A DNA stretch of 64,000 nt from Octopus vulgaris (taxonomy: Eukaryota), in NCBI GenBank assembly GCA_951406725.2, contig OX597824.1:51522001-51586000 (forward strand), in the 5' to 3' direction. The position numbers were made by a program, and so were the translations under genes. The stretch's first letter is position 1, and every line of letters begins with the position of its first letter. This document shows, one piece after another, positions 10,755 to 24,064 of the stretch. The notes under the pieces are model-generated. The model made no database searches, had not been told where the DNA came from, and saw nothing but the letters and a program-made list of their open reading frames with translations.

Positions 10755-13700
10755 GAATTTCTTTATTCGCCTATGAATGACATATATAGAAGGTACAGAA
10801 CAGGGGCGGGGACGAAACAAGCACAATCTTACAGCGGGCTGGGGTTACAATCATTTAAAATTTGGGTGAAATCGGAATGATAAATCGAAAAATAAAAATA
10901 CAATTCAAATCGAAAATGAGAATGCAATTAAAAAAATAAACATAATTATATAGTCCACGGGTTCATTTTTAACCCGCCGGTTTTTTTCTTTTTTTCTTTT
11001 ATTGCTTTTTGTTTTGACCGGCTACACTAGCACGGCCCCGTTCATACTCAACTTCCTTTCCACAGTTTTCCATCTTTTCCCGTACACACTCTGTCTCAAT
11101 CCCTTTCGCACGTGTCATCCATACTGTATCTTTCAGTAATGCTACTACGCAGAGAAAAGATGCCTGCCTTTCCTCGTTAAGGGAGGGAGGCGGTACTATC
11201 TTAACGATGGACTCAGTTGAGAGCCGTACTCTTTCTGCATCCAGCATCAGTGGTTCAACATAGGCTATCAACTCCCTCAGCTCCTCACAGTGTACAAAGG
11301 CATACGCGACAGTTTCACTGACGCGCCCGCACCTCGGGCATGTAGGGGCGGCGTCAAAACCGTGTCTGGACTACCTTTCTCGAACCAGTAAGGCCGATCT
11401 ATAGCACAACCAAGCCAAAGATTTCTGGAAGTTATCCAGATATATCCTGGCCCGAATGTCCTCCTGAATAGGCTGGTCAGTTGTTCCTCATCGAAGCCTA
11501 AAGTCTCACCCAGGACGTCATCGGACTCATACTCTACCAACCCTCTATAATAATCCGCAGTGGTAGCCTCGCCGCCGGTATTGCTCGCTCGGGAGAACAG
11601 AGTGAGTGCTTGTCGGCACTCTTTCTGCCATTCCCCCATCCTAGGTCTCCGATTGATCCATGTGCCTAAGTCCCTGAAGAACTTCAATTGTGGAAGAAGT
11701 TACTTGTCATGCGGTGACCACACCATCCAGGTAGTGCCAGAGATGCCTCAGCTTCAGCGCATACTTGCGCATTATCACCTACGGCATCCCCAGTCCACCC
11801 TTTAACGGTTTCTGGCAGCAGATGGAGCGCCTCACAAGTGACGTTTTCCCTGTCCGCAAAAAGTGGAAAAGGATCCGTTCCAACTTGGTCAGCCACAAAC
11901 CGGGGCAAGGCACGACGGTTAGGCGGTAGGTTATCACAGATGTTATAAACACCTGAGCAACCTCGGCCCTTCCTAGCTAGGATAACGTCCTCCCAGACCA
12001 GGTCTGGGTTATGGTCGTCACCTTACTCCAGTTTTCTTCACCTGGAGATCTAGTCCAAACCAGATTCCGAGCAACTTAACCGGGCCCTCCGTCAAGCGTC
12101 CGACGACGCTCTCGGGAGGCATCGACTTGTCACGCCAGGGGCCGAGTTGCAAGCCGACTGATTTCTCCTGGTTAATCTTTGCCCCTGCCACCGCTTTGTA
12201 ACTTTTGATGGCGTCTTCTACACGAGGTAGCTACCCTTCATCAGACGCGATGATGGTAACATCATCCGCATATACCGTCGCACTTCTACCGTAACACAGA
12301 TCACTCGGGTCTGCCTCCAGAGTCCCCAATCTCTGCAGCAGTGGCTCAAGAGCCAATTCATACGGAAGCGGCGACAGGGGGCAGCCCTGGCAAACCGAAC
12401 GCTCGATCGCGAACGGGCTCGAGAAGAACCCATTCATCTGGACGACAGATTCGATGTTGCAATACAAAGCTTCGATCTAGCCTCGGAAAGTCGGGCCCAG
12501 TCCGACCGGGCGGAGGACCGCCGCCAGATACCGATGGTCGACACCCTATCGAATGCTTTAGGCTGGTCTAAATTCACCAGTGCCCCTCTTTTGCCAGGGA
12601 CTTTACCAACCCTCTTTATGGTGTAGCGAATGAGATGAAGATTGACATGTATCGTCCTTCTTGGGATGGCATATGTCTGTGCCTCTCCCACCAGGCCGCC
12701 TACAACAGTCCTCACTCTCTTGGCTAGCACCTTGGCCAAAATCTTTAATTTTGTGTTTAGCCGAAAATTATTAATGTTATCTCCCTTGCTCGGGTCCTTC
12801 CTGATCAGTGTCACCACTCCTCGGCTCACAGATTTGGGAATTCTTCCATTCTGCTGCTAATTCGCATACACACTGGCCAGTATGTTCCCGAACAAGTCTG
12901 GCATATTTTTATAAAATTCGTAAGGTAGACCATCCAATCCCGGCGACTTGTCCCCGGGGCACTCGGAAAGCTCCTCTATAACCTCCTCAGCCTTGATTGG
13001 CCGTTCACAGCGCTCAGCGTCACGCGCCGAAAGACGCGGGCCAGGAAATCCCGGAGGGCATTCCCATGGTCCAGCGCCCCATCCCTCCCGAACAACGCAG
13101 CAAAGTGCTCGTGTAAGGCCTTGCACATCTCCTCCTGTCCTTCGATCTCCTGTCTATGTTCGTTAACCACAGACCGTATCATAGCATCCACGCCACGTTG
13201 GGTTTCTACCGAGCGATCCGGCAATGTTGATACCCTCACGACCTAGTGCACGTACTTTAGCCCGAACTCTGCATCCTTCGTGTTTGGCATTGAAGTGTCG
13301 GTCCAAGGTGGAGCTCGCCGCCGAAACTTGGGGTGCAAAACCTGTTCTCAGCGCCTCTTCTAACGCCTTAACTAAATCCCTTTCTACTCTAGTCTGCTTG
13401 AGGCTTAACTGCTTGCTAAATCTAGTTGACTCAAGTCGAATGGCTCTTTTGAGGGCCCTCCACCACCGGTTATTTAACACGGCGCCGGTTAGTGGCCTTA
13501 TTACTAACACCTTAATCTGGCTCCGGCAAGTTTCACAATCCAACAGGGACTTGTTCAACTTCCAGTAGCCAGATCCGTGTCTATGAAACTTGTCAATATG
13601 TAACCCACACGTCAGTAATTTGTAATCCGTGTAAGGTACATAGGTAAACTGTGGACAGCTAAAACTAGACTTATCTCTAGCATTAACTATAATCCTGTCT

Positions 13701-13885
13701 ATGTGAGACCGGATTGATCCGTCATTATTGGTCCAAGTCCACATTGGAACCGTCGGATTATCAAGTCTGTATGAATCTGCCAGCCTAAATCGCTTCAGCA
13801 GATCGACGAGGCGTGAGTTGCATTTCCTATCGTTCGAGCCTCGGCTATCCAGGCGTGCATCGTGAATAGCATTGAAAACTTCCAT
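10755..13885 (-). mobile_element. Divergent, 5'-truncated Tx1-clade element (copy 3), degraded ORF2 plus 3' UTR
   Basis: Minus-strand fragments homologous to copies 1 and 2: WTWTN..HIDRI, GYWKLN, SPGLDGLPYEFY, DQPKAFDRV, QGCPLSP, YADD; minus-strand AATAAA at 10762-10767. Confidence 0.88.
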
Positions 13886-14667
13886 CCCTCTGACTCGTAA
13901 ATAATTTTTCCCACCAATTTATGGAAAAAAAGGAGGCTCCAGAACACATAGATTAGTTGTTTGAGAATATATAATACGCGCAACGTAATTGGACCTTCGA
14001 TCCAATTCCCACGCAACACTCAACCAGTCACAACACAGGACTCAACAAATGTCCAAACACTCACATGATAGGTAACAACAACAACAACAACAACAGGTTA
14101 TCATTAACTGCAATCTTCACCCGAATAAAATGAATGAATGACAATACCTTGACATTCTTTTCTACTTCATCTTTGCTGAAATACTTTTAGAAACAAAATT
14201 ATCTTTATTCAAGCCTTAAAATCCATCCACATTTTCTATTGCTGTTAAATTTTTGAAACCCTTCACCGCATCATCAGCATCATTTTATATTTGCTTTATA
14301 TGCTGGTATAGATTTGACAAGTAATTTCTTATGTAGATGTACTGTCCTCCCACATGGGTTAAGATCAATGTTTCGTTTGTAACATTTTTAGCTTGGTTTC
14401 TACTCCAGTATTCTCTTCGTAATGCCAGTCACTTTACAAAATATTCTGGGAGTATTTTTTTAATTTTTGCGGTGCCAGCATTAGAGAGGTTGCTTGTTCT
14501 CTGCAAGATTTAAAGATTGTTTCTATTCCATTCTTCGAAGTTAACTTGATCGATAGCTGAACAGAAGAAAGTGATGACAAGGGTTAGAGGTTGAAATAAG
14601 AGAAAGTATGACGGGAGAAACTGAGCGATTGGAGAATGGATGTTAGAAAAAAAATGAAAGAAAAAAT

Positions 14668-14674
14668 GAGAGAG

Positions 14675-14747
<73 letters not shown>
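14668..14747. repeat. (GA)n microsatellite
   Basis: Near-perfect GA dinucleotide run. Confidence 0.97.
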
Positions 14748-14748
<1 letters not shown>

Positions 14749-15417
14749 CTGTGATAAGCAGTTACATGTAGTTTGTTGATAAAGGAGTTGAATAGGGAAA
14801 AAATTGAGCTGCGTGATGGTGAAGAAAGAGTGATAGTAGGAGACAGGGTGTTGGAAAAGTAATAGAAGTGGTGTAGAGTAATGGGAGAGAGAGAGAGAGA
14901 CAGAGAGAATAATGCATGTTAACAATATAATGAGTAATACTAGAAAGAGTAATGTGAGAAAGACAGTAACAAAATTACAATAAAGATGAATAGCGGTGAG
15001 TGTGAGGGAGAGAAAGAGAGAGAGATGGAGAAAATAGAAAGGGTGATGGTTGGAAGATTGAATACTGGTAGATACGTTGTAATCCCTGATTAACAGGCAG
15101 TATGATGAGAGTTATAAGGATTGAGATAATTGATAAAATGACAACAAAAATGTAAATATGGAGTAATATACAAAAGAAAAAAAAAAGATTTTCACACATT
15201 GTATGCATATATTATTTTGACTGCACCTCTTGAATCTTGGAAGGGGGAAATGATATTTTGAAAAAAAGGTGTATAAAGAAAAAAGGATGAGTAATCACTG
15301 GTTTAAGAAGTGTTGTATGTAATACAAGACTGTGTCCTAGTTTTATCTTTTTTCATTATTTAATATTTTTTTCGTATGAGTCCCTTGCTATTTGTTTGGG
15401 ACGAAAAGGGTCTTGAT

Positions 15418-15629
15418 AAGGTAGCAAACTATCAGAATCATTAACACGCCGGATAAAATGCTTAGCGGCATTACGTCCGTCCTTACGTTTGGATTTCAAA
15501 TTCCACCGAGGTCGACTTTGCCTTTCAGGGTCGATAAAATAAGTACCAGTCGAGCACTGGAGTTGATGTAATCGATTTACATTCTTCCCGAAATAACTGG
15601 CCGCGAGCCAAAATTTGAAACCATTATTA
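15418..15629 (+). mobile_element. tRNA-derived SINE, family A (CpG-retaining copy)
   Basis: Shares gaggtcgactttgcctttc..gataaaataagtaccag..aaaatttgaaacc-att with many copies in this window. Confidence 0.85.
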
Positions 15630-15720
15630 AAGAAGCTGATGTTATGCTTGTAGAGCAGTTGTTACCCTGAAAAGTCTTCCTTTTTATAATTTTTTTTTGG
15701 CAAGTATCAGGGTTACTGTA

Positions 15721-16015
15721 GAGGCGCAATGGCCCAGTGGTTAGGGCAGCGGACTCGCGGTCGGAGAATCGCAGTATCGATTCCCAGACCGGGCGTTGTG
15801 TGTGTTTATTGAGCGAAAACACCTAAAGCTCCACGAGGCTCCGGCAGGGGTTAGTGGCAACCCCTGTTGTACTCTTTCGCCACAACTTTCTCTCACTCTC
15901 TCTTCCTGTTTCTTGAGTAACGTTGCGATGGACTGGCGTCCCGTCCAGCTGGGGGAAACACATACGCCACAGAAACCGGGCCCATGAGCCTGGCTAGGCT
16001 TGAAAAGGGCGACGT
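15721..16015 (+). mobile_element. tRNA-derived SINE with a CORE-like central segment
   Basis: tRNA-like head with A box (tggcccagtgg) and B-box-like gtatcgattcc, followed by non-tRNA body and tail. Confidence 0.75.
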
Positions 16016-16188
16016 TTTTCGTTACATTTATCAGGGTTACTACATTTGAGTTTTGTTCGATGTTGTAGGTCGTAGATGATTTCTTTCTTCATGCGATGTC
16101 CAAGGATTGCCTGGTGAATATACGTTTGCGATATACGGAACTCACATTGTGTGAATTGTTAGCATATCCAAGAAGGCCAGTTTATTAA

Positions 16189-16406
16189 AGTAATCCCTCA
16201 CCATATCGCGGTTCACCTATCACGATTTATTATCTAATCTTACGTTGGTTCCTCTGTGGTGTTGTTTTGCATTTATAATAAAATAAATATATACAAATTA
16301 TAGAAATAATAAAAAAAGATACAGTACAATACTGTTTTTACTTCGCGGATTTTCACCTATCGCGGGAGATTTTAGCGCGTAGCACCCGGGAGAGTCGTGG
16401 GATTCT
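16189..16406. mobile_element. Degenerate Tigger/pogo-like MITE
   Basis: Imperfect terminal inverted repeats (aatccctcaccatatcgcgg / ccgggagagtcgtgggatt) and a repeated ttcacctatc motif. Confidence 0.45.
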
Positions 16407-16715
16407 TTTCCTTTTCTATTGTGAATTGCATTGAAGATTTTGATAGACGCTAAATTGTTCGCATATCTGTTGGTAGGTGTCATAAGTACAGTGGGTAATC
16501 ACCCAGGGGTTTTACGGTTATAGGGGCCCAGTTCAAAGCTACGTAGACTGTGGCTTGGTGTCAATAACTACTGTAAGGTCCAGTATTTTGACGACCGGGG
16601 GCTTATAATGAACCTGAGCATCTTATAAATAGCATGACTGTTCTCTTCTCAAACCATTGCCGAGTCTTATTTGTTTTAACTATTATGCGCGTGTGTGCAC
16701 GCACGCGAGCGTGCG

Positions 16716-17018
16716 TATGTATGTATGTATGTATGTATGTATGTATGTATGTATGTATGTATGTATGTATGTATGTATGTATGTATGTATGTATGTATGT
16801 ATGTATGTATGTATGTATGTATGTATGTATGTATGTATGTATGTATGTATGTATGTATGTATGTATGTATGTATGTATGTATGTATGTATGTATGTATGT
16901 ATGTATGTATGTATGTATGTATGTATGTATGTATGTATGTATGTATGTATGTATGTATGTATGTATGTATGTATGTATGTATGTATGTATGTATGTATGT
17001 ATGTATGTATGTATGTAT
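16716..17018. repeat. (TATG)n microsatellite, about 75 perfect units
   Basis: Direct reading; it produces the spurious MYVC/HTYI ORFs. Confidence 0.98.
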
Positions 17019-18479
17019 ACACACATAAACGCGCGCACACACACACATATACAACGTAAATAATCTTGCGTAGAGTTGGTAATTAGAGTTCCAAGAAAGT
17101 TTATTAACACACTATAGACAATATGAATTGATAATTCTTTACAAGAAAGCACGCAGTGTGTGTATGTGTGTGTGTGTGTAAAGAGAATGAGATGAGGTGG
17201 TGCGCACTGAACATGGAACATGTCAATGTAAAACTCTTATCTCAAAATAAGATCCCAATGGGAAACTGTGTTGGCCGAAGATAATGGTATAATGAGACAA
17301 TGTGTCTTATAGAGCAGAACAAATATATAAAGTATTTATGACGAACAATGTCTGGAGGAGGGCTGTAGAATAGGGGGAGATGTGTTGTGAATGTAATTAA
17401 AAATAAGTTTTACGATATAAAGGTTAAAAGATAAGAGCAATCCTTCGATATGGGTACACGACATCATTCACCCACACAACCTTTCCTTCGTCTCCTCACA
17501 CCGACATTCAGGAACCAAATCGAAGGAATGTCACAGAAAAAAAAAAAAAAAAAAGAATTGAGGAAGAAAATGAAATTAACCTCTTAACATATTATCCCGC
17601 ATATTTTCGTTCAGAGATGTCTAGTACAATATATATTTGAACGAAAATATACGTTCACTGTACTCTAGTACCTGTCACTTATTTCTAACCGAAATTCTTC
17701 GTTCATGATGTTATTCCCGTTTTCTATCATTAACTATCACTATCATTTCTATCAGTAATTTCATAATAAATCATAACTGATCCAAAATAATTTTTGTATT
17801 TATTGTCTTACATACTGATTCAAAACAAATAATTAAAAAATGATTTTTTTTTTGCATGGAAATTTAAAAAAAAATGTGTATTTTAAAAGGTTAAACAGGT
17901 GGAAAAAGAGACGGGGTGGGAATACCGCCTAATCAAAACAATAACAAAACATCGGAAAAACTGCTCGTGGCAACTGGTGATGGCATAAAAATGTGATGTT
18001 GTTTTCGGTAGAAAGAATAGAAGCAAAGAACTGGTAAGAACGCTAGTTCGTGACTTTAAGAAATATTAAACCATCAGCAATGACATGAATAAGGTTACAG
18101 AGAGCATCGAAGGAAATGACACTTTTTATTATCTCTTAAGAAGAAGGAAATTGCATCTTTATAATATTAGTCATTTTGTCGATAGTAGAAATAGTCATTC
18201 GAATACGTGGTAGGGGAGACGATGCTATTAATAATAATTATTTATTTGGGAAAGAATTTAACAAGATCCTTAATTTGTTTTTATTTTTCAAGTCGAATAT
18301 TTTGAGTCAGCTGCAGATTAGCATTTTTTTAATTTATTTATCTGTGCACTAAATTTTATTTAACAATTTCATTTAAATATTTTGTTTATGTTTCAATCAT
18401 CAAGCTATCGTTTTTTTCCCCCATCTCTCACATACGAAACTCTTAGCAATATCCCTGTTAAAACTAATTCCTTCGTCTT

Positions 18480-18910
18480 CTCCTGGTCATAAAAACATAA
18501 ACAATCTCAGTTGTCAACCTAAACAAGCTGCTTACGTTATTTCACGTCTCACCTCCATCATCGCCTTCCCTTCGTTGGTCCTCCCCCTCTTTGATATCTC
18601 ATCACCCTTCTCCCTTAACGCTGCTATTAGGTTCTTCGTCTTCTCAGAGTTATGCTCAGTCGTTCGCACACCTGTCAGTAGGTGGCGCCTTCCAAACATC
18701 TTATAAATAATATGGTTGCATTCTTCTCGAACCATTTCTAGAGGCAGTTGTGTTTTGGGTTTAATTATTATAATTCAAAAAATACCCACCACCGCCTTTC
18801 TTCAAAAGCCTATATCTCCCACATTCTGTGGCTGCTTATTGGTTTCCATTTATTTACAGCCAGCAACAGTTGATTCAGTGTGTCTCCTGTCAAACTGTAC
18901 ATCTAAAAAG
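18480..18910 (+). promoter_or_regulatory. Candidate promoter and non-coding first exon of the downstream gene (start approximate)
   Basis: Non-repetitive, CpG-retaining region ending in a donor-like AAG|GTAGGA at 18910/18911, just upstream of the switch to CpG-depleted DNA. Confidence 0.35.
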
Positions 18911-19074
18911 GTAGGATTTAAACAAGTCACTTTCTCTTTCGTTCATTGATCTACAAATAATAACAGTGTTAACGATTTTTCCATTGGCAAAGCGACATTT
19001 AGCAAGATAAAAAAAACGTTATGAAGCAACACTACTCAGTTAGATATGGCAAAAACATATAACGGAAAAGTTTT

Positions 19075-19280
19075 ATGTGTGTGCATGTATATATAAAAAT
19101 GTGAATATGTATGTATATATAAAAAATGTGTTAGTATGAATGTATATATAAAAAAATGTATCTTAGTATGTATGTATATATAAAAAGATGTATGTATATA
19201 TAAAAAGATGTATGTATATATAAGAAATGTATGTTAGTATGTATATATATGCAAAAATGTATGTATAAATGAAAAATGTA
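19075..19280. repeat. AT-rich degenerate minisatellite (about 20-30 bp units, tatgtatatataaaaaatg)
   Basis: Direct reading. Confidence 0.75.
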
Positions 19281-19526
19281 TAGAGACAGCCAGACAGTGA
19301 ATCTCAAAACACCCAAACTTCAGTTGTCTCTTACTTGGGTAGCTGCACTCACCCGGCGCCAGCTCCTGTGTTGCGAGGGAGGGGAGGCATTTTAAACATT
19401 TCCCCGTGCGTCAACACTTTCATCCTCACCGTGTTGTTTGTTCATGATTACTGGAAAACTGGTTTTCTTACAATCATTCAGCTTTGAATGAAGGAAACGA
19501 TGCAATAACAACAATACTTCAACTAC

Positions 19527-19690
19527 TATTATTAACAATGGTTTCAAATTTCGGCACAAGGCCAGTAATTTCGGGTGAAGGGTAAGTCGACTTCATCGAC
19601 TCAGTGTTTAACTGGTACTTATTTTGCCAAGCCCGAAAGGATGAAAATCAAAGTCAACCCCGGCGGCATTTGATCTCAGAGCACTTTGAA
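19527..19690 (-). mobile_element. SINE family A copy
   Basis: Reverse complement of the family A body and tail (ggtttcaaatttcggcacaaggcc..ctggtacttatttt..gaaaggatgaaa). Confidence 0.8.
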
Positions 19691-20060
19691 TAAATGTGTT
19701 ATGGGATATACTAGATACAAATGATATTAAAAACAGGTGCAAAAAATGATAAATAAAAGCATACATTACTGGGGGTGCTCCAGCATGGTCACCGCCTTTG
19801 GACTGAAACAAAAAAAAAATTATTAATCATCCCTTCACCTGTTAATGCACACCTAGCTTAATACATTTCTAGCTTGTTTATAGCCATCTGGCTTAATAAT
19901 ATACAGCTGGTTTGCTAATAATACACATGAATTTTTGTCTTTATCATCAGATATCGTCTCCATATTCTATGCATTCATTAATATGTATGGGTAAAGAAAG
20001 AAAAATAAGTATTTTGTGATGTTCGTGCATTCAATAGGATAAGAAAATCATTCAGCTGTA

Positions 20061-20197
20061 CAGAGCCGGCCCTAGGGTTGCTAGCACCCCAGCAAGCATG
20101 TACAAGTTGACGGTTGTGGAAATTTCCTTGTCTTTGTCATGCCCTTCTTGGCACCCCGTGCGACTGCCTGAGTTGTCAGTACCTTGAGCCAGCCCTG
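20061..20197. mobile_element. hAT-type MITE, 137 bp
   Basis: TIRs cagagccggc / gccagccctg; perfect 8-bp TSD CAGCTGTA at 20053-20060 and 20198-20205. Confidence 0.85.
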
Positions 20198-21244
20198 CAG
20201 CTGTATTATTAGTACTTCTGACATTCTGAATTTAAATCCTACTGGGCCTCGTAAGTATCAGTTAGATATCTCTGTTCTCTGTACTCCTTATCCTACAAAT
20301 ATGTAAATAGTCTTGTCAAAGAAATCACTGTTATGAAGATAGACAGAGTGAAATCTCTGTTTGGTGTTAAGTATTCAATAGTAATATTAATAAAGGTTTC
20401 AAGTTTTAGCACAAGACCAAGAATTTTGGGGGAGAGGTTAAGTCCACTACATCAACCCCTGTGCATGACTGGCATTTATTCTATTGACCCTGAAAGGATA
20501 TGTCGACCTCAGCAGCATTTGAACTCAGAACGTAAAGATAGAAATGTTGTTAAGTATTTTGCCTGATGTGCTAACGATTCTGCCAGAATCATTAGAGTGT
20601 CAAACAAATTGCTCCATAGCATTCCTTCTGGCATTTTACATTGTGAATTCAAACCCTACTAAAATTGGCTTTGCCTTTTATCCTTCTGGGGTCAATTTGC
20701 TAAAGTACTGAGGTTATGGTATCGATTAACTCCCTCCTCTCATAATTGATGATCTTGTACCTAAATCACATGAAGTCAGAAACAATATTACCTATGACTA
20801 CAGCAAACAATTTCTTTCTCTGAATGAAGCACAGATTGTATGACATGAATGAAATTTGATAGTGTAACTTGAGCACTGAATACAGAGAATATATTCTAAA
20901 GCTGGAAAGAAATGAGGTGAACACACTCTGTTGGATGTGTATAATGTTATGCATAAACAATAGATCAGAGGTGATGTGCAAGAATAAATGTATATATAAA
21001 AGAATTAGCCACAAAATGTAAGAGAAAAATCTGTACTGATACTGACACGTATCATATGTCAGTATTAATAAAAGTTGGTTAAAGAAATGTCAATCCAAGT
21101 GGAAAGAACATTCAGAAGAGGAAGATGTAGGACGAAGTGGTGAAATGAGGTATTGTTCCTGATGACATGATTTTCTCGTGTCATATTCCTAACAATAATG
21201 TTTGATAAATCCCTCCTCTGAGTTTGTTCAGCAATTAAGTCAGT

Positions 21245-21476
21245 CTTTTATCTTTTACCTGTTTCAATCATTAGACTGTGGCCATGCTGGGGCACTGCCT
21301 TGAAGAATTTTCAGTTGAACTTATCGACCCATTACTTATTTTTTGTAAAGCTTTGTACTTATTCTTTTGGTTCCTTTTGCCAACCCACTAAGTTACAGGG
21401 ACATAAACACACCAACACTTGTTGTCAAATGGTGGTGGGGGACAAACACATACATAAAGGCACACACACTTATATG

Positions 21477-21517
<41 letters not shown>

Positions 21518-21682
21518 TCACACACACAAACACACATACATGATGGGCTTTTTTCAGTTTCTGTTTATCAAATTCACTCACAAGGCCAAAGCTATAGAAG
21601 ACACTTGCCCAAGATACCATGCAGTTGGACTGAACTCAGAACCATGTGATTGGGAAGCAAACTTTTTACCACACAGACATGT
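21245..21682 (-). mobile_element. CORE-type tRNA-derived SINE, family B, with internal (TA)n/(CA)n
   Basis: Minus-strand head plus CORE-like tcttgggcaagtgtcttc; homologous to 29410-29790 and 63816-64000. Confidence 0.8.
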
Positions 21683-24064
21683 CTCCACCAGTAGGGATAA
21701 AATTGAAAAATTTAAAATTTGGTTCATGCTAGAGTATGAAGACAAGTGAGAATTGTTAATAATCATCAGATGACTACTCCATTGGTATAACCTGAGTAAC
21801 TTGCATGTACAGAAAGTCTGAGAGTTTCCATACAGGAGTACTCATGTGGCGCCATTATATTTCTGTTGTTTTAAACTATAGCATTAATAAAGTAATAGTT
21901 GGTTGACAAAGTTTACATTTTTACTTGTAGTAACTTCTAACTGAAAACTTAACTCTGTTTTACAATGCCCTAATTGTAATTAGTTTGGATGATATTGAAA
22001 AATGCTAATTAACTTTGAACTTTAAACAACACTAAAGAGAGTCTAGTAATTGCTTGAATAATCTCAGCTGATCAGTTATTCAACTGACTATATTTCCCCT
22101 CAGCCATAATGTTAATATAAACAAATGAGTGGAATATGCTTTACTGAAGAGGTCTAATGAGACTGAAATATGTCAGTTACTAAATCCACTCTAACTTTAT
22201 TGTCCATAATGTTCAGAAATCTTAATCAGCTGATTTTATTAAGGTTATCTCTCTTGTGTTTAGATTTTAAATACCTCTACAAGTCATCTTTGTCTACTTA
22301 TTGCTTAGAAAATTTCAGTTGACTGATGTTGTTCAACTAAATATATTTATTTGTTGTTTTTTTTCCATGCAAGCATGGGTTAGAAAAGTACATTATAGGG
22401 CCTTTGTTTTGCTGTTGGATGCCTTTCTTGTTGATAGGGGAAATGACAAACAGCTATATCACACTATCTCATTCTTGTAGGTTTGTAACTTTCAGTTTAA
22501 GAAATTGATATTACTTTGTATATCAAAATAAAATACACCTATTGTAACTAACTAGCACCAATTGAGACTCAGTTCCCAATCTCAGTTAGAGGTATTTCAC
22601 TTAATTTGTTGCTATAGCATTTAAGAAAAGCATAAAATAGGCCATTTATCTTCTGTTACCCTAAATGAATATGAGGTCTTGATAGATATCAGTATTTATA
22701 TGATCAACAAACTTCTTTATCAATATACAATGAAAGTTCAGATGGGCAAATCAATATGACAGAGTAGGGTTCAGCTTCTCTTTTAGTTATAGTTTTAAGG
22801 TTTGTTACTCTTCACAAAGTCCCTATGCATAGGTATGCCATGCTAGAAGTCATGCTCTCTGGCCATGGCATGAGGACAGAAAAGGTTTTGTTAATCTTTC
22901 TAAACATCTCTTCAGCACAACAATTCAATTTACTTCATATATATATGTGCATCTATATGTACATGTGTGTATCACTATATGTAATTGGTTTGATTGTTGT
23001 AGTATTAGCAAACTGTCTGAAAAGATAACAGTTTATATCCAGGTCAGCATTGTGCTGTGTTCATGCCCAAGGCACTTAACCACTTAGGTTTGTTTGTCTC
23101 TGTCCACCTAACTGCCTATGCTCTTCTATATTAGTAGGGGCAGTATATAATTGAGTGTTTCATTAGCTTATTTTGTCAACTCTCCTATCCATGGGTATAA
23201 CTCAGAAGTGTGCGCTCTATTTGGCTGACTTGTCCTTCATATATAGTGTATGGCAAAAATGTTTTCAGTGCTGTTTTAAGAATTAAAATCATTAATCCTC
23301 ACCTCCAGACTAAGTTGTACTGAAGTATGGTGTGTAGCATGGACATTTATACACTGCACACTCAGCTGTACATTGAAATATGGTATGGAGTGCTCAAAAT
23401 AGAGCTACACATTAATGTATGGTGCATAGCATGGTAATTCATATATTCCACACACATAGCCGATTCTGAGGTATAATTCCAAGTCCATTTAAATACTTTC
23501 AGATACAAAATATAGCACCTACATACTAAACATTTGTCATATACTGAGGTTATAGTGTGTAGTGTAAGCCACTCTATATAAAACACAGTCTGTCCTACAC
23601 TAGTGTACTGTGTGTAGAATTGTCTTTTATATCCATATCTTCTTGGTTAATTTTCCTGTTGCTTCAGTTATATCTTTTCTATCAGAACTATATCATTCTA
23701 GATATCTGGAAATATTATTTTCCTCTTCAACAACTGAACTTCAGGTGTAGAAATTAAACATTAATCATGTTAACCTCATCCTATTGTCTCTGTCCCATGT
23801 TAGTGATGGAGGCTGAAAAATCTATGAACATTGTTTATTCTTTCTTCAGCTAATAGTACAGTGGGCACATACATAGTCATATACACCATCACCATTTTCT
23901 CTGAAATCTATATTTCCTCACTAAGCAAAGGTCTTAAAAAAACATTCTGCACATTACCAGATAACCTGTTCATTCAACAGTATCAAAACCCAAATATATA
24001 AATTTATACTAGTTGTCCTCAACTATTTTCTCTCTATGGCTCCCTTTGAATCTTATTTTATACT

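Noticed and set aside
15721-15795. tRNA gene
   Set aside because: The tRNA-like head continues into a SINE body; no convincing cloverleaf or immediate poly-T terminator
16603-17221. Six overlapping ORFs (HTYI/MYVC repeats)
   Set aside because: They are translations of the stop-free (TATG)n microsatellite
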